Assembly: GCA_036172245.1 (NCBI GenBank)
Contig: JAYWIR010000032.1
Location: forward strand, 1 to 64,000
Direction: 5' to 3'
Source: Raillietiella orientalis
Taxonomy: Eukaryota
Length of the DNA: 64,000 bases
Part shown: piece after piece, positions 58,901-64,000 of the stretch
Layout: each line of letters opens with the position of its first letter
How positions within the stretch are numbered: the first letter of the stretch is position 1
Made by a program: the position numbers and the translations under genes
The notes under the pieces: model-generated
What the model saw: the letters and a program-made list of their open reading frames with translations, nothing else
Database searches by the model: none
Told to the model about the DNA's origin: nothing

Positions 58901-60055
58901 CGGATCTGGAAGCATTCTGCCTCTTTCGGATTTTTTTCTGAACAGAAGAAATCCCGAGAACTTTCTGCTCCTGGTCGAAAGGCAAAAAAAAAAAAGGTGG
59001 GGATGAGGCGCCTCCGCCCCTTCGACCGATTTCCATGATTTCCTCAGCCACTGGTACCAGGATTTTCTCCCGCTACTGACTTGTGAGGTAGAGGCTCCTG
59101 GACTTTCCTCGTTCACGCTGCGGTGCCAGAAGATCCGCACGTGCGCACGTCCGAATCCTGCGAAAAAATGAAAATCGCGAAGAGGGATGATGAGGAGAGT
59201 AGGGGGATGAGGGCTATCGACAGAACCTTGCGTGCCTGCAAGGTGAGGAGAGCGCAGCCTCCCCAAACTGCCAGGAGCACCGTTGGCGGCGAGGAACGTC
59301 ATCTTCTATCACTACGGCCGTCTCCTTGGTACTTTCCTGGTCCCCCTGCTGCGGTTTTCAGGATCTCGACCCACCCAAGTCTACGACGATCGTTTACTTT
59401 GGCGCTCATTCCGCCCCTTCCAGCCTCCCTTTCCGCCTCTATTTTTATCTCGTCCGAATATGCGAAAGAGGTTTCCTTCCTTCGCACCCATGCGATGATC
59501 CTCTGAGGCGCAAAGCAGGGACCGGCACAAAGGAAAGGGGAGGAAAGCGAGGGCAATGAGTAAGAGAACGAGGAGGAGGAAAAGGGAGGGTTTGGTACAT
59601 TCTTCCCCGTCCTCAGCAGGAAGGCAAGAACTGGGTAAGACCCTTTTGCAGATGCCATCGCGCACCGTTTACGGAGGTTCCTCACGGAGAGCATCTCGAG
59701 GATGGCCGTTGGCTGACGCGCTTGGAGACGAAGGCGGGGGGCCTCCATCTTTTCGCGTTGCCGGGCAGACAAATCACTTTCACCTTCCTCTGCCCAGGGC
59801 ATTCTGCGCGCGCGCGAGCTCCCGCTTTCCATTCGACCGCCCGAGGGAGAAGGGGTTGCAGCCGCCGCAGCAGCAATGGCCGAGAAAGCCAAAGGCCGCT
59901 TTTCACCTAGGCACGGTCCCTGGGACCTTCCAGGCCATCTCCAGATTCCCTCGACGGCTACCTTGGGCATGGTGACAGCAGCGCGAAGAAGGGAAGTCTT
60001 CCCCACGCGCGGTGGTAACGTTCGAGAGTTCCGCTTCACTCGCTCGCGATCAGTC

Positions 60056-60072
60056 GAGAGAGAGAGAGAGAG
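60056..60072. repeat. (GA)n microsatellite
   Basis: GAGAGAGAGAGAGAGAG run. Confidence 0.7.
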
Positions 60073-62899
60073 TAAGAAAAAAGTGAGGGACCAGGAAGGG
60101 AGGGGTGACGAGCGAAAAATACCCGTGGAACGTGATCCGACGGACAAATCCTCGCAGACCGCCGGAGGCTAACTCGTCCGCGGGTTTGCCCCGGCATTTC
60201 TTTGACCACTCCACGAAGAACAAAAATAATTAACGGCGGTCAGCAGGCTCGGAGCTCTCGGCTTCCTCCGGCGTGACGGAATTTTCCTCGCGCGATTTTT
60301 CGGCTCTCTCCTTTTTCCCTCTTTCCTCCCGTGCGCACGCGCATGGCTCCGTCGCCGGCTACCTGAGAGCTGCCCCGGTGACGGCGTCGCACTGGAAACG
60401 AAATCGAATACAGAAGCCGCTCTCGCCGAGCCAGGAGGAACGTGCAGGAATCCTGCAGCATGGCAAGCAGGAGCGGTGGGCGAAAGGGGGAAGCAAAGGG
60501 AATGAGGAACTCAGAGCAAGGGAAGAACCCTCCGGGATGATGGAGCACAATTTCTCTCTAGCTACGGACGCAGGTGTCACCGCGGAAGCCATGGACTTTC
60601 CCCCGTGGAGATGGTACTATCCTGTTCCTGTTGTTTAAAAGTTTCTGGACGAGAGGAGAGATACTCACGCCCTACGAGTCGCGAAAGGATGGGGGCAGGG
60701 GGTTTTCCTTGCCATCTGAGGTCATCCATTAGCGGCCGTCTGCGAGCAAAGTGGAATTCTGCGCGGAATTGAGCCCGTAGTTTCCACTTTCGGTCTTCCG
60801 CCTAGGAACGTTTCTCATCCGTTCTGCATCTCTTGCGGGAAATAAAAGGGAGGGGGGGAGGGGGAAGACGCGATGTGTGGGAGAAAGGACAAAGCAGCGA
60901 AGACCCGTACGAAGTTCTTGTTATACTCATTACTTCGAATTCTAAAGCCTTAGCGGAAGAACCACTTGCCTGACGTGCAATCTCTGGTGATTCGAGGGAG
61001 CAGGCAAACAGAGCACCCAAATATGTCTTTGCGTCGCCCTTTTCCCCTTGATCTGCGAGCAGCCCCGTCCAGGAGACTCTGAGCAGATACGCGGTAACGA
61101 AGAGGAGGATACAAATGCTTTGAACGCAGCCAGCAGAAAGTGGTCTCCACCTGAGGCTGGAGGCTGAACGCTAGGAAGAAGGATTGCGCTGCCCCTGCTT
61201 TCGTTTGCATCCCGCAGAACGGCTGCCACCTCGGTGAGCGTTCGAGGAGATCGCCCTGTGTAACCGCAAACGACCATGCCTGGTGGTCAGTTTTTTTTTT
61301 TTTTAATCGGACTTCCTAACGACTTGGATTCCTGAGCAACGCGTTAAACTAGCGGGATCTCCGAATCACCAGTCGTGTATCCCCCTCCTCCTCCTCTTTC
61401 CTCCTTCCCTGGAGCACGAGGAAAAAGAGCGGAAACCGCTTTGAACGCGGCGCTGGAACAAGCCGCTCACGGTTTGGCGACAGTTTTTTTTTCGTGTCCG
61501 GGTTTGCACGCTCGCGGAAACTTGTTTCCGACGTTTTAATGGCAAATTATTGCGGAACGTATCCTGGAAACGATGCACCACATTGCTGACTCTGAGCACC
61601 GCAAGTGGGTGGTAGGCGAAAACTCCTCTGCCGGCTCCATGGCCGAGATGTGTGACATCGGGAGACGCGGTAGGGAAAAGATGGGATGCCCGTTCTTTTG
61701 AAGATGGAGGGATGGGAGCATGGAAGGGGGAACTCCCAGGTACTGGACGAGCACCTTCGCATGCTTGTATAAAAGTACGAACAGGCACACCCTCAGCGAT
61801 GTCCACAAGCTCTTTCCCGCTCTCCCGTTCCTTGCCCATTTCCAGGCGAAAGAATGGAGCGGATTCGAGTTACAGAGGATATGTCTCAATGCAACAATGA
61901 ACAGAAGTTCCGCATCTTGCAACAATGACCCGACCCCGTGAAACAATGAAAAGACCTCCCTCTTGTGTAGCAATAAGGAAAACGCGACTGAAGTGAGTAT
62001 GCCCACATCTGAAGAAGTTTAGCACATCATGAAAACCACAATGTGCTATACTTAGTGATGTCAAGAGGTTAACACCGCTATTTAAATCCGCCTATGGATT
62101 GCAGCAGGAAGGATTTGCCGCTGCTCTCTCCAAAGAGTCTCAGTAATTTCAGACTCTCGGGATCTGTCACTTCACTGGGGGTTAATACTCCCCCTCTTCC
62201 ATTCTTTTGTTAACGATGTGATCATATCCATTTTGGACCATTTTTCTTTTATAAGTGGATTCGAAACTGTTTTCTCATGTACTCATTCTTTTGATGCAAT
62301 TAATGCTGCTAATTGCTCATCCATTTTAAAACGGGAGAAATTAATTAGTAAGGACGTCGGTGGTTGGCATGTGGATGCACTCGTCGTTTGAGATAGAGCG
62401 AATTTTCCCTCTCAGATGTTCGTTTCCTCGGCATCACTCTTTTATTCCTCTGGCATGCACACCTCCTCAAAAGTTCCGCTAATCGTAGTTTCATTTCACC
62501 TTAGAAGTCTTGTACATTTTATTTCAACGGTGACAAGAAATAAAGAAACAGAGAACAGAGCAGATCAAGGAAGATTTCGCACGAGACATCTGCACGTGAA
62601 AACTAGAAGATTTCTGCAAGAAGCCGTTCCTAAAACCCTCAGTTGCTAATAACGAGAGAGCAACAATACAACCGAATTTTTTCAACATGTTGGCTTAAAG
62701 TGATCTCTCTACGGAATCTGTACAGGTGCATCGTGAATCAGAAATCTTTTCTATGCCATGGAAACTCACTGTGTACAAAGCAACAACAACCCAGGTGTTC
62801 ACGGCGAAGTCGTACTTACGAGACGTACAACATGCGATGTTTCGCGTGTTCGAACGAATGACCACCTGTGTGTGTTCTTCTTGAAAGCTAGCTACCGTG

Positions 62900-64000
62900 G
62901 ACCACGTCCCGTACTTCTGTTTAATAGGGAATCAAGCTGACCTGCACACGGTTCCCCTCTTGCCGAAACCCATCCCTGAAAGTGTTTCAAAACCAAAGGT
63001 AATTCAAGTGGAACACCGAAATCAAGGAGCGGGTGTTCGCTCCTTGGTTTCGGAGGCATTTTGGTGTATCCGGGTTGCGGTGAACGCGAAAATCGGCATA
63101 GGGAAACATGGTGGTTCGCTGCATGGTGGTTTCCAACGCCTGTCGGGCCCCAACGATGACACGGATGCCTTAGCTGCAATGCCTCTCCCGTCGAGAGGCC
63201 TCTCGGCGCGAAGAACCGCCGCAGCACATCTCGGTCGGTGTCCTTCTGGTGCAGCAGCGCTGCTGCCAGCCTCCGCTACAGTTTCTAAAGGGCACCGCAG
63301 TCTATAAGCATTTGCGGAAGGATCGATTTCGTCGACCTGCACCTGGCACAGTTCAAGGATGCCACCCTTTCGGAATCTTGGTACCGTTGCTTGTTACACT
63401 GGAATCTCCAGTGGATGAAGAGTAGTACAGCCAGCTCCCAGGACAGATAGAACAATGAGCAGTCCAAACAATAGGGATGGACCTATTGTCGACACAAGTT
63501 CTTCAGGAACAACACTCAAAAGATCGGCCCACCGAAGGAGCCCCTTCGCCACAGAATGCGGAGTGGCAGCATCCACCAACTGACGCGTCTTCCAGGCACC
63601 GAGGGGTGTTGCATTCCCCTCTATGGTGCAGGAAAACTCCTACCTCGCCTCCTACCTCGGAGAATTTAATATAATTATTATATTACATGCCAGGTATAAA
63701 ATTAATATTTTATTATAATAAATAATTTATGTATTTAAATATTTTTATGTTACATTATATATAACATGCATGTATAAGAAAAGATGTTATATATAACAAT
63801 ATATATTTATATATACGTGCATATATATATTTATATAAATATATAACCGTACCAACTAAATGCTGTCATCTCTTGCCCTGTAGGCAAACAGCGCTGCAAC
63901 GAGGGGTGTAGCGGCCAGAGTGGAACACTTCATCGCATCACCACTTCCAGAGGTCGTGGCAACAGAGGTGTTGAGGGGGGTTAAGATCTTAAGGAAATAT
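62900..64000 (-). mobile_element. Highly decayed relic of the same lineage (ORF2 C-terminal domain), split by an AT-rich insert
   Basis: DAATPHSVAKGLLRW, VLLFIHWRFQCN, CARC, LRRFFAPRGLS, and PLVAAL-like sequence at 63850-63920. Confidence 0.8.
63661..63846. repeat. AT-rich low-complexity / degenerate (TA)n tract
   Basis: Abrupt switch to almost pure A/T with TATATA runs. Confidence 0.85.

Noticed and set aside
58406..60147. ORFs of 298 aa and 282 aa in the right flank
   Set aside because: Low-complexity translations crossing homopolymer and microsatellite tracts, with no recognisable domain.
60181..60200. TGCCCCGGCA resembling the 3'-terminal motif
   Set aside because: No preceding AATAAA, no downstream CCGGG and no adjacent ORF2 remnant.
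61536..62006. Minus-strand ORF containing QYLGVP, like the RT YLG motif
   Set aside because: No convincing YADD, QG or KAFD context, so it is probably chance. A profile search would settle it.

Overview
Eukaryotic repeat DNA. About 55 kb (roughly 500-56000) consists almost entirely of one lineage of L1/Tx1-type non-LTR retrotransposons. ORF1 carries an RRM-like region and two CCHC knuckles; ORF2 carries an APE endonuclease, RT and a C-terminal Cys/His finger. About 16 copies or fragments from several diverged subfamilies can be reconstructed (my labels A, Q, R, S, H, E1, E2, T, W, Z, Y, X, P, V, U, plus a relic near 63 kb). Every resolvable insertion junction lies inside another member of the same lineage. 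Main observations: (1) the E subfamily sits three times, antisense, at the homologous codon of the endonuclease gene of other subfamilies, including a tandem dimer separated by a 23-bp duplicated target; (2) a TSD-verified three-level nest (X in Y in Z) in the ORF1 linker; (3) there is no poly(A) tail, and instead AATAAA is followed by a covarying pseudoknot-like motif and a terminus exactly 6 nt after CCGGG in 8 copies; (4) a shared 5'-terminal GACGTG; (5) URATG stop/start coupling or non-AUG ORF2 starts; (6) an endonuclease that appears to lack the beta-hairpin target-recognition loop. Only E1 and E2 have uninterrupted ORF2s. Region 56000-62800 could not be annotated. All of this comes from reading the sequence by eye, with no alignments or database searches run, and the host organism is not identified.
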